Origin: Desulfobacterales bacterium | Lineage (GTDB): Bacteria; Desulfobacterota; Desulfobacteria; Desulfobacterales; UBA5852 | Assembly: GCA_049366795.1 (NCBI GenBank) | Contig: JBMNCP010000062.1 | Coordinates: 6,201 to 70,200, forward strand | DNA: 64,000 bases | Direction: 5' to 3' | Shown here: positions 47,530 through 57,200 of the stretch, piece by piece | Layout: each line of letters begins with the position of its first letter | Numbering within the stretch: position 1 is the stretch's first letter | Translations under genes and position numbers: made by a program | The notes under the pieces: model-generated | The model's input: only the letters and a program-made list of their open reading frames with translations | Database searches by the model: none | What the model was told of the DNA's origin: nothing

Positions 47530-49242
47530 TCAGCGCTCCTCCGGCGCCTGGATTTTTCCCTTCAGTTTTCCCGCCGCCCAGTCCGCCAGTTTTTCCCTGA
47601 ATATCTTTGAGTTGTGCCGGATGTCGACCGGAAACGACCGGTGGTAGAGGATGGTCTGAATGCCCTGGGTCAGTGGGTTTTCTCGGCCCAGCTCCAGAAG
47701 GTCCCGGGTCAGCTGCTCCCGGTCGGCCCGGGAGTGTTCAGAGACCGTCTCGATACAGATGACGGGCGTCTGGCGTCCGGGGTCTCCGATGCCCACGAGG
47801 GCGCTCCGGAGCACGGACGGATGACGGTTGAAAACGGCCTCGCAGGGGATCGTGAAAAGATCGCCATTCGGCGTGGTCACCCGGTGGCTTTTCCGGCCGC
47901 AGAACCAGATCCGGCCCTTGGAATCCCTCCAGCCCAGATCTCCCATCCGGTGCCAGAATCCGTCTCCATCCTGGATCTTGTGGAGGGTATCGGCCTCGGG
48001 GTTGTCGAAGTAGCGGCGTGTGACGATCGGACCCTTGACGGCAATCTCTCCGATGTCGCCGTCCCTGACCTCCAGCTCATCGGTCCAGGCGGCGATGGGA
48101 CTGTCGGAGATCCGGATGATGCGCACCGCGATGTCGTTGATGGGGCGGCCGACACAAATCCCGAAGCCCTGGTCGCTCAGCCTGCGGGTCTCCGACAGGA
48201 TTTCCCGGCTGCCGATGGAGAGGACCGGGACCGCTTCGGTGGCCCCGTAAGGTGTGTGCACTTCCGCTGACTCGGCAAGCATCGCGGAGAATTGCTCGAT
48301 ATTGTCGGGGGAAACGGGCGCCCCCGCGGATACGACCCTTCGCAGCGACGGCATCCGGATTCCGTTCGCCTTGCCGAACCCGCCCACCCGGTTGAGAAGG
48401 GCCGGTGAGGCGAACATGTTCGTTACGCCGTGATTGAGGATCGGCTCGATGACAGCATCCGGGTTCACGGCGGCCGGCCGGGTCGGGTCCATGTCCGGGA
48501 TCACGGCGGTCATTCCCAGCGCGGGATCGAAAAGGGCGAAAAGCGGAAACGTGGGAAGGTCGATCTCATCGTCGGCGATGGCGAAGTGGGCCTGGATCTG
48601 CTCGATCTGTGCATCGAAGTTGCCGTGGGTGTAGACGGCGCCCTTTGCGGGGCCGGTGCTGCCGGTCGTAAAGAGGATGGCGGCGGCATCGTCACGCCGG
48701 GTGCCGGCAGGCGTGTAGGGACGCCAGGGCCTGTGATACAGGCCGTGAAGCGTCGTGGCGCCGAAAAACCAACGCGGTCCGACCACCACGGATGTCTTGA
48801 TCGACTGGAATGCCTCCCGGAAGAGACCTCGAAGCAGGTGGGCCTTCGGGATGCCCACGAAGGCCCGGGAGCGGGTCGACCGAAGGCACTCCACCATTCG
48901 CTGTATTCCCATGCCCGGGTCCACCACGACCGGGATGGCGCCGGCTTTGAACAGGGCGAAGGTCAGTACGAAGAAGTCGATCCCCGGCGGGACCATCAGC
49001 ACCGTCCGCACGCCCTTCTGGATGCCGGCGGCCGCCAGCCCGTGAGCCAGGCAGTCCGATTCCCGGTCCAGTTGTTCGAAGGTGAGATGGACGTAGGCCG
49101 CGCGGCCGAACCGGTCCCTTCCCGCGGTGCAGACCACCGCCCGCTTGTAGGGATGACGGGCGGCCGTATCCCGCAATCGGTTGGCAATGTTGACCGTGTC
49201 CGGGGTGAAGTATTCGTTTTCCGTCATATGGCTCAGTGTCAT
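47530..49242 (-). CDS. oleC: OleC: AMP-dependent synthetase family beta-lactone synthetase
   Basis: AMP-binding motif ILFTTGSTGPAKGAVYTH. ~570 aa. ATG 49242 overlaps the oleB stop (ATGA). The track start at 49287 is an extension. Confidence 0.8.
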   Translation of the reverse strand: MTLSHMTENEYFTPDTVNIANRLRDTAARHPYKRAVVCTAGRDRFGRAAYVHLTFEQLDRESDCLAHGLAAAGIQKGVRTVLMVPPGIDFFVLTFALFKAGAIPVVVDPGMGIQRMVECLRSTRSRAFVGIPKAHLLRGLFREAFQSIKTSVVVGPRWFFGATTLHGLYHRPWRPYTPAGTRRDDAAAILFTTGSTGPAKGAVYTHGNFDAQIEQIQAHFAIADDEIDLPTFPLFALFDPALGMTAVIPDMDPTRPAAVNPDAVIEPILNHGVTNMFASPALLNRVGGFGKANGIRMPSLRRVVSAGAPVSPDNIEQFSAMLAESAEVHTPYGATEAVPVLSIGSREILSETRRLSDQGFGICVGRPINDIAVRIIRISDSPIAAWTDELEVRDGDIGEIAVKGPIVTRRYFDNPEADTLHKIQDGDGFWHRMGDLGWRDSKGRIWFCGRKSHRVTTPNGDLFTIPCEAVFNRHPSVLRSALVGIGDPGRQTPVICIETVSEHSRADREQLTRDLLELGRENPLTQGIQTILYHRSFPVDIRHNSKIFREKLADWAAGKLKGKIQAPEER

Positions 49243-50198
49243 GGGCACAGTGGGTGCTGCTCCAGAAAGTCGATCGTTTCCCTGCATACGGCTTCAGGCT
49301 CGTCCTCGAGAAGGTAGTGGCCGGCATCCGGAAACACGCGGCACCGGGACGTTGGAAAACGTCGCCGCCACTCGTTGTAGTAATCCCGGTCAAAAACGAA
49401 ATCCCGCATTCCCCAGCAGATCAGCGTCGGGACCTGGGCCAGGAGATGAAGGCGCCGGTCGGTTTCGCGAACGATAGAATAACCCGGATCGCCGGGCCGA
49501 AGGGGTATGTCCTGAACGAACCGCAGGGTTGCCGTTCGATTTCGCGGCCGGTCGTAGGGGGCGATCAATCCTTTTCGGACCTCCGGGTCCAGACGTTTGC
49601 GGGGAGCCATCACGAGTGCGCCCCGGGCGAAAAGATTGAAGCCCAGGACGGCGGGGACGCCGAACCATGCCAGGTTGCGGATCAACCGCAGGCGCTTCGG
49701 GATCGGCTTGCCGGCCGGCGGGAGAAAGCCCGACGTGTTGGTGACGACCAGACGACCGACGCGTTCGGGATGGCGCGTTGCGTAAACCAGTCCGATCATG
49801 CCGCCCCAGTCGTGCAGCACCAGCGTCAGGCGGTCCTTGAGCCGCATGCCGTCCAGAAAAGCCTCGAGATCGGCTGCCCGGTCTTCGAGACGGAAGCCGT
49901 AACCGGTTTTTCGGGGCTTCTCCGAGAGGCCGCAGCCGATGTGGTCCGGGGCGATCACCCGGTAATGCTCCCTCAGCGCTCCGACCAGGCTGCGGAAGTA
50001 GAAGGACCAGGTGGGGTTGCCGTGCAGGAGGACGACGGGATCGCCCTTTCCTTCGTCCAGGTAATGGTACTGCCGTCCGCGGACATTCGCGAAGTGAGAG
50101 GCAAAGGGATACAGGGCCTCGAATTCCGCGCTGCCGAAAAAACCGGCCGGCCGGGATGAGCCGCGAGTGCCGGTTCGAATCGCGGGCGCACCTACCAT
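49239..50198 (-). CDS. oleB: OleB: haloalkane-dehalogenase-like alpha/beta hydrolase (beta-lactone decarboxylase)
   Basis: HYLDEGKGDPVVLLHGNPTWSFYFR and the nucleophile elbow LVLHDWGGMIG. 7-nt overlap with the oleA 3' end. Confidence 0.8.
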   Translation of the reverse strand: MVGAPAIRTGTRGSSRPAGFFGSAEFEALYPFASHFANVRGRQYHYLDEGKGDPVVLLHGNPTWSFYFRSLVGALREHYRVIAPDHIGCGLSEKPRKTGYGFRLEDRAADLEAFLDGMRLKDRLTLVLHDWGGMIGLVYATRHPERVGRLVVTNTSGFLPPAGKPIPKRLRLIRNLAWFGVPAVLGFNLFARGALVMAPRKRLDPEVRKGLIAPYDRPRNRTATLRFVQDIPLRPGDPGYSIVRETDRRLHLLAQVPTLICWGMRDFVFDRDYYNEWRRRFPTSRCRVFPDAGHYLLEDEPEAVCRETIDFLEQHPLCP

Positions 50199-51232
50199 CT
50201 CAGCCCCATCATCAGGCAGTTGAGTCCGCTGCCGATCCCCAGAAAGCCAACCCGGTCGCCCGATTCCAGAAAACTTCTCTCGTGGGCGATGGCAGCGGTG
50301 ATGAAAAGCGATACGGTCCCGATGTTGCCGAGGTACCGGAACGTGCTGAAGTCCTTGGATACCGGAATTCCGATGCCGTCCAGGATCGTCTTCTGGTGGG
50401 CCGCGCCGACCTGGTGGCAGATGATTTTATCGGGAGCGTCCGGCCCCCATTCCAGTTCCTTCCGAAACGCCTTGAAGGTGTCGACGCCCAGGGCGACGCC
50501 GTTTTTGAGCACGCCCACCGAGTCGGTGTTCATCACGTGCGGAAGGGTGGCCGGGATCCCGGTGTCCGGGCCCCATGTGCACAGGCGATGGTGCCGAACA
50601 CTGTTCCGGACGATTCCGCCCAGAAGACGATGGCCTGCGGATCCGAACGAGCCGTCCGTCAAGACGGCCGCCGCCGCTCCGGAACCGCCCGTGAGGGTTG
50701 CAACCGTGGTTTTGAACACCTCCATGCTCCGGGTTTCGATAAGCCTCTCGATGGTGCTCTCGACGATTTGCCGGCAGGATTCGCAGGCAACGACGATACC
50801 GGCGCGGATCTGGCCAAGCTCGATCGCGTTGGCGATCTGCACCATGCCGTTGAGCATGCCCAGGCAGGCATTGGAGACGTCGTAGACCTGCGCCTCCGGG
50901 CTCAGGCCAAGACCGTCGGCGACCGCGCAGGCGGTGGCCGGTTCGAGGTTCTCACGGCAGACGGCGCCATAGATGAGCATACCGATTTCGCTCGCCGGAA
51001 CGCCCGATGTCTCCAAGGCCTTCCGGCCGGCCCGGACCCCGCCCTCGGACAGGCGGAACTCCTCGTCCCAGTACCGGCTTTCCTGGATGCCGGTGATCTG
51101 CTCGAGCTGGCCGGGCTTGAGGTGCAACGCCTCGTATACCGGGGCAAGCCGGGACTCGATGTCGTCCGAGGTCACCACGTTGGGGGCCAGCTCGTAGCCG
51201 ATGGAATCGAGGTACACGTTTCGATATTTCAT
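50192..51232 (-). CDS. oleA: OleA: FabH-like thiolase-superfamily condensing enzyme
   Basis: Active-site DVSNACLGMLNG, ENLEPATA, and the C-terminus FLGIGSGLNCLMMGLRW. These closely follow my recollection of Xanthomonas OleA (…LLGIGSGLNCSMAEVVW). First gene of the oleABCD order. Confidence 0.8.
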   Translation of the reverse strand: MKYRNVYLDSIGYELAPNVVTSDDIESRLAPVYEALHLKPGQLEQITGIQESRYWDEEFRLSEGGVRAGRKALETSGVPASEIGMLIYGAVCRENLEPATACAVADGLGLSPEAQVYDVSNACLGMLNGMVQIANAIELGQIRAGIVVACESCRQIVESTIERLIETRSMEVFKTTVATLTGGSGAAAAVLTDGSFGSAGHRLLGGIVRNSVRHHRLCTWGPDTGIPATLPHVMNTDSVGVLKNGVALGVDTFKAFRKELEWGPDAPDKIICHQVGAAHQKTILDGIGIPVSKDFSTFRYLGNIGTVSLFITAAIAHERSFLESGDRVGFLGIGSGLNCLMMGLRW

Positions 51233-51256
51233 GATCTCAGCGGGTCGATCGTCGGG

Positions 51257-54200
51257 TTAATCCGCGTTCGCGGCGTCCGCAACCAGGCGAACACCGAAAT
51301 TCAGCAGCTTATAAATGAAAAGGCCGTCCACTTTCAAGGCGCCGTCGATCCGGAATTCGGATCCGTTGTCCCCATCCTCCTCTTCGCAGGAGGCTTCGAC
51401 GACGATGGTCTTGTTGGAAGGCAATATCTGTCCGCGATACTGCCAGGTATGCGGGCTTCCGACGCGAAGCTCCAGCCTGTGGCCCGGATACCGGGTGCGC
51501 CAGATGTCGAGGGCGGCGCACCGGGCCATCTGGATCAGGGATTCGATGCCAAGGGAGCCCGGGCAAACAGGATCCTGGTGAAAATGAGCCTTGAAGTACC
51601 ATGCGGCGGGGTCGACATCCTTGAACCCTCGCATCTCCAGAACCCTTCCGCCGGCGGTCTGCCGGGGAGCCACCTGGATCCGGTCGATCATGCGAATGGC
51701 CCGAGCCGGAAGGCCGGGCGGGAAATCCGGTTCGTCCACGCGGTCTTCCGGCAAGAAAGGCGGCAGGTCCGTCAGGGTTTCGACCGGAACTGCGGTGGAT
51801 TCGGCCCCGACGCCGGCATCGAATGTCTCGCGGATGCCTCTTTGTTCGTCCAGGGCCTCCGCGGTAAAGAACCCGAAGCCGGTCCTGCCGGTGTAGACGG
51901 GGCTGCCTTCCCGCGACACCTCGAATTCGAACTGTTCGATGATCATATCCCCCGCGGACGAGGCGCGCAGGAGGCGGCAGCGTGTCGTCAGCGTGAAGGC
52001 GCCCCGGCGGACATTTTCATGAATCGTGGCGGTTCCGTCCAGATTGCGGAAGTGAAGGTCCTGTTCGCTTTTCAGCGCCGAACCCATGTAGGCTGCCAGA
52101 AATCCGCAGGACTGAAGCGCGATTTCCATGAGAACGCAAAGCGGCATCACGTCCGAACGGTTGGCTTGAAAATACCAGTGCCAGGGCTTGACGTCGAATT
52201 CCGTCTGGAGCCATCCGCCGGGCTCGAGCACCCAGGGTTCGGGCTCGGCAACGGTCACCCGGTCGATAAAGGAGTAGGGCGGCGCGGGAAGCCTGGCGAT
52301 GAACCGTCCGTCGTCGAACGGCCGGTAGCGGCTGCCGAAGGCGTCCGAGGGCCTTCCGGAGGCGAAGGCGAGGATGTGGCGGCGTTCGAAAACCGCCGGG
52401 ACTGTCCTGCCCGGCACTGGACGGTGTTCCGAACGCTTCCTCCAGAACTGCTTTAAGTCAGATTCCCCAACATTCGATAATTTAAGCGACATCCCCTTGA
52501 ATCGGACGATCCGCCGTCCGTCTGCGATCATCATGGCGTCGGCGATCGCGAAGGGTTCGGGATTCGATCCGATGTCGGTGATCTCGATTTCGTAAACCAC
52601 TTTTTTCGTTTCGGGCGTGACCGGCCCCCTGCATTTGAGAACCGCGGGCGCGGTCGTCAGCGGCTCGAAGCGAGCCTCCTCGTTCGGGCTGACCCATCCC
52701 ATCCCCTGCAACAGGACGCGGAGGGCGTGGGCGCAGCACTCATACATCAACGTGCCGGGCATGACCTGGTCATCCACGAAATGGCAGGTGAGAAACCAGT
52801 CGTCCGGCCGGATGTCCGCCTCGGCGCGGATGGCCCCCAGCCCGCCCGTGCCGCCGAAAGGATCCAGGTCGAGAACCCGGTGGATCAGACGCATCCGTCC
52901 GGCTGGCAGGCGCTGGCCTTCCGGGAGTCTGATGCCCGCGAAATCCGCTCCGAATGCCTTCTCGAGATCGCCGTCCCTCAGCGCATCGAGAGCCTCGTCG
53001 TCAATCCGTCGGGAGCGAACGGCGACCAGCGGCTCCGCCCCGCCCGCCGGAACCGGTGTTTCTTCGGGTTCGCCTGGCAGAATTCCGCCCGAGTTGCGGA
53101 CCTCTTCCTCGGTGAAGAAGCCGGCGCAGCCGTTTCGCATCGTGATCAACGGTTGTCCGGCGATCGATCCGTCGAATTCGAAAAAGAACATCCAGGTATC
53201 GCCCTGTTTGATGAATTTTTCGATCCGGATGTCGTAGCGGATCGTTTCTCCGGGAAGCGGCAACCCCCGGTGAAAGGTGACCGTGGCGTCGAGAAGCCGG
53301 TAGGTGCGCAGGCCCCTGACGTGGAGATCGATCCCAAGATAGGCGCACAAAAAGAGGTCGGCCTGGCCCGCCTCCACCGAAATGCAGACCGGCGCCCGGC
53401 CGCCGTCCAGGTACCACTGGTCCGGCAGGACATCGTGTTCCGTGACAATCCTTCCCGGTCCCAGCTGCCCTTTCCGGCCTTCGATCCGAAGGATCCGGTC
53501 CACCAGCATCAGGGGCTCGTCCGGCAGCCGGACCCGTACGCGATACCGGTCCACCTCCGCAAAATCGGGACCGAACAGGCGAGCAACGGATCCCACCGCG
53601 AACTCCATGCATTGCCCGCGGGTGAAGACAGGGGCGGGAATGCCGGAATGCGAAAATGCGGGAAAGCGGGGATGCGGGGGCGTGGAAAGCGCGGTTTCCG
53701 GGGTATCCGGGACGTTGGGCGCTGGAACGGCTGAAGACGTTTTGCCGCCCGGTTTCGTTCCCGGGGGCGACGCCGCCAGCAGGCGGGATTTGAGTTCAAC
53801 CGCATCGGCGTACGACCGGATCCAGTCCTGAGATAGTGAAAGGAATCGCTCATGGGCCGCGCTGGTCTGCTCCGAGCTTTCGACGAGGTCCTGGACCAGC
53901 CGGTCGATCGATGGCTGGGCGAACGTCGGGTACGGGGTCGGCGGACCGGAGACGGACGCCGGTACCCGGTAAGAGGCCGCTTCCGGGGCGGGGGAGGGTG
54001 CATCGACGGCCAGGGCCGGAAGCGCCGGCCAGTCGATCGACTTTCCGCCGTTGACCACCCGGATCGATGCGGACGGATCGACCGAAGCCGTTTCCACGGC
54101 CGCCGGCCGGACGGTCAGAAGCGACCACTCCACCGGGACGCGGTGCACGGCCAGCGTTGCGGCGATCCTGGCGATGGCGGCAAAGTCGCCTTGGTGCCGA

Positions 54201-57200
54201 TGGGAGGCGGAAAGGGCCAGGTGAGGTCTGCCGTCGAGAATCTGCTGGATCATGCGCGTGCAGGAGGCCCCCGGCCCGGTTTCGATAAAGATGCGGACCC
54301 CGTCCCGGTAGACCCGCTCGACCAGCTTCGGGAAATCGAATCCGTCGAGCCCCTGCCGGAGGATGGACTCCGCCATGGCGTCGGACTCGATCCGGATCGG
54401 GGCGGCGTCCGCGCAGCCATAGAGCGTGATGCCGTTCAACTCCCGGACCGGCAGCCGGTGCAGGTCCCGGTAGGCATCGGCGGAAGGGGAAAGCGCGTCG
54501 CAGTGAACGCTGATCACCCCGTCCAGCGGTACGGCGTTGGCGCCGAGGCGCCGGACCAGCGCCTCCACCTGGGGGCGGTCCCCGCCGATGACGGATGCCT
54601 CGGGTGTGTTGACGATGAGCAGGCGAACGCGGGAAAATTCCTCCAGGGCCGATTGGATGGCGTCGGCCGGGCGGTCGACCACGACCGCGTGCCATTCGAA
54701 CGTTTCGGTTTCGGATAGCCCCCAGGCTTTGCGGGCCGAACGGCAGGCGCCGTAGAGCGCATGGGTGAACAGGTCCGTCTTCTGAATCCGCTTCAGCATC
54801 TCGTCGGGATGGGGCCATGCCCCGGTTGCGAAATAGGCGGCGGATTCGCCCAGGCTGTAGCCGAAAGCGGCGCGGGGCCTCAGCCCCAGGCGTTCGAGAA
54901 GGCGCGTCACCACCAGGCCGTGGGTGACGTGACCGCAAAAAAGATCCCTGGGATCCCGGGACAACCCGGCCATGGCCGCGGACTCCCAGCCGGGGGGCCA
55001 CTCGCTGCGGCACGGCAGAAGCCGTCCGGGGCGGGCTCGGTCCCGAAGCCTTCCCGTCTCCCGGTCCATTTCATCGAGAATGCCGGGCCAGAACAGTCCG
55101 ATCTCCCGCCCCATTCCCGGAAACTGGTTTCCCGATCCGGGATAGACCAGCGCCACTGCGGACGACGCGCCCAACGGGGCAGAGGCGTAGCAGGCGGCCG
55201 AGGTCGGCGTGAACCGGATTTCCGTTCCGTTCCGGATGGCAGTCCTGGCGGCTGCGATGGACCGTTTCAGCTCCCGGGGGTCGGAGCCCTCGACCGCGAC
55301 GGCGAGGCGAGCTCCGAAATCAGGGGGGTGTTCCCGAAGCCAGGCGGCCGCGGCGTGCCCGATCGGCCCGTCGAACTGCGAAGCCTCCCGTTCGAGCCGG
55401 TCCAGCCGGCTCAGGAGCGCATCCGGATCGGCCCCGTCGACCAGAAACATCCCCAGGGGCGGAAGGGACGCGGCATGGAGGCCCGCGGTCACGGGTACGG
55501 CGGCATCGGACGGTGCTTCCCGCAGCACCGCGGCCATGGCGACCCCATCCGGGGTCATGGCGCTGACGCAGGCACGTCGCGGGCCGTCTTCGCTATTCCG
55601 CAGCCAATAATGGGTGGCACGGGGAAGATGGAACCGCTCGGAATCCCACCCGGGCTCCTCGCCGACCGCGTATCCGGGAAGACCGGGGATCCGTCTCCGG
55701 TGGAGGCAAAGGGCGGTTTTCACGACGGCTGCCAGACCGGCGGCCGCCCCCGCGTGTCCGATCGCGGACTTGACGGAGCCGATCGCGCAGGGAAACGGGC
55801 GGGCCGGAAAGACGCGGTGGAATGCCTCCCTTTCCGCTCGGTCCTCCGGGGGAAACCCGCTGCCGTGGGATTCGACGTATTCGATTGCTTCCGGACCGAC
55901 CCCGGCGTCCCGGAATGCAAGCGCAATGGCGTCGGAACAAGCGGTCGAAGCAGGCGCCTCCGTGGGAGCGAATGCCCCGGAAACGGATCCCAGCCCATCC
56001 AGAACGGCGTAAATGCGGTCTCCGGAGGATGTGGCGTCGGATAGCCGCTTGAGCACCAGGGCGGCCGCACCTTCGCCGGGAAGACTGCCGTCGGCTTTCC
56101 GATCGAAGGGATGGACTGCCGGCCGGCCGGACCATCCTCGAATGGCGTCCGCCGCAGCCATTTCCCGAAGGTCGCCCGGGAGATCCACCGCTCCGACCAG
56201 GACCGCGTCGACCTCGTGTCTTTGAAGCGACCGGGCGCCGATTTCGAGCGCCTTCATCCCGGAGGCGGCTTCACACGAGAGAACGAAGCTCGGGGCGCCG
56301 AACCGGAAGGCCTTTGCAATCCGGCTCGCGATCAGGCTTCCCAGGGCGCCCAGCGTCCGCACATGGGTGAGGGGGGGAGAAATGCCGTCGGCCAGGCGTT
56401 TTGCGCCACCCGCCGCCTCGACGGATTCAGTCCGAAGTCCATGTTTTCCTTCGAACTCCCGCAACAGGCGCCGCAGGCTCCAGCGCAGCTGAAACTGGGT
56501 TTCCTCGAAATCGAAACCCATGCCGATGACCGCCCCCATCCGGGGGCGTGCCGGTTCATCGGCCATGCCGGCGTCGGACAGGGCTTCCATCGCCACTGCC
56601 AGCATGAGCAGATGCTGCGGCAGAATATCGGGAATCTCCCTGGGCGGAATCGGAAATCTTCCCAGGGGGATGTCCAGGCGATCCAGGTAGTTTCCTTTCG
56701 GTGGGGAGCGGCGGAACAGGAGGTCCTGAACGGTGCGGCATCCTTTCCATCGGCTGGCGGGCGCTGAACCGAACTCATGGGCTTCCTTGAAAACCGCCTC
56801 CTCGAAAGCCTTCAACGAACCATATCGACCGAAGGCGGCCGACATGCCGACAATCACGACCGGCTCCTCGGCAGGCGGCGCCGGTGCGGCGACCGGCACG
56901 GACGTTTTTCCGGGAAGCCATTCCTCGACCAGGAGGTGAGCGTTGATACCGCCGAAGCCGAAAGCGCTGACCGCCGCTCGCCGCGGTGTGGCGGAATCCC
57001 TTTGATGCCAAGGTTCGGCGACCGTCTGGACCCTGAAGGGACCGTTTTCCAGCGGGCTTCCAGGACGCGGGCGGTTGAAGTTCAATGACGGCGGGAGCGT
57101 TCGGTGTTTCAGGCCGAGCAGGATTTTGATCAGGCCCGCGATGCCGGCCGCGGTGAGCAGATGGCCGATCGTCGACTTGACCGAGCCGATGGCGCACTGA

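Noticed and set aside
50156-52456. 766-aa plus-strand ORF, plus similar long ORFs at 53850..55013(-), 54761..56044(+), 52727..53734(+) and 57366..58136(-)
   Set aside because: These are antisense or alternative frames of oleA and the megasynthase. Their composition is Arg/Gly/Pro-biased and low-complexity with no catalytic motifs, while the chosen frames carry clear KS/AT/DH/OleA signatures.
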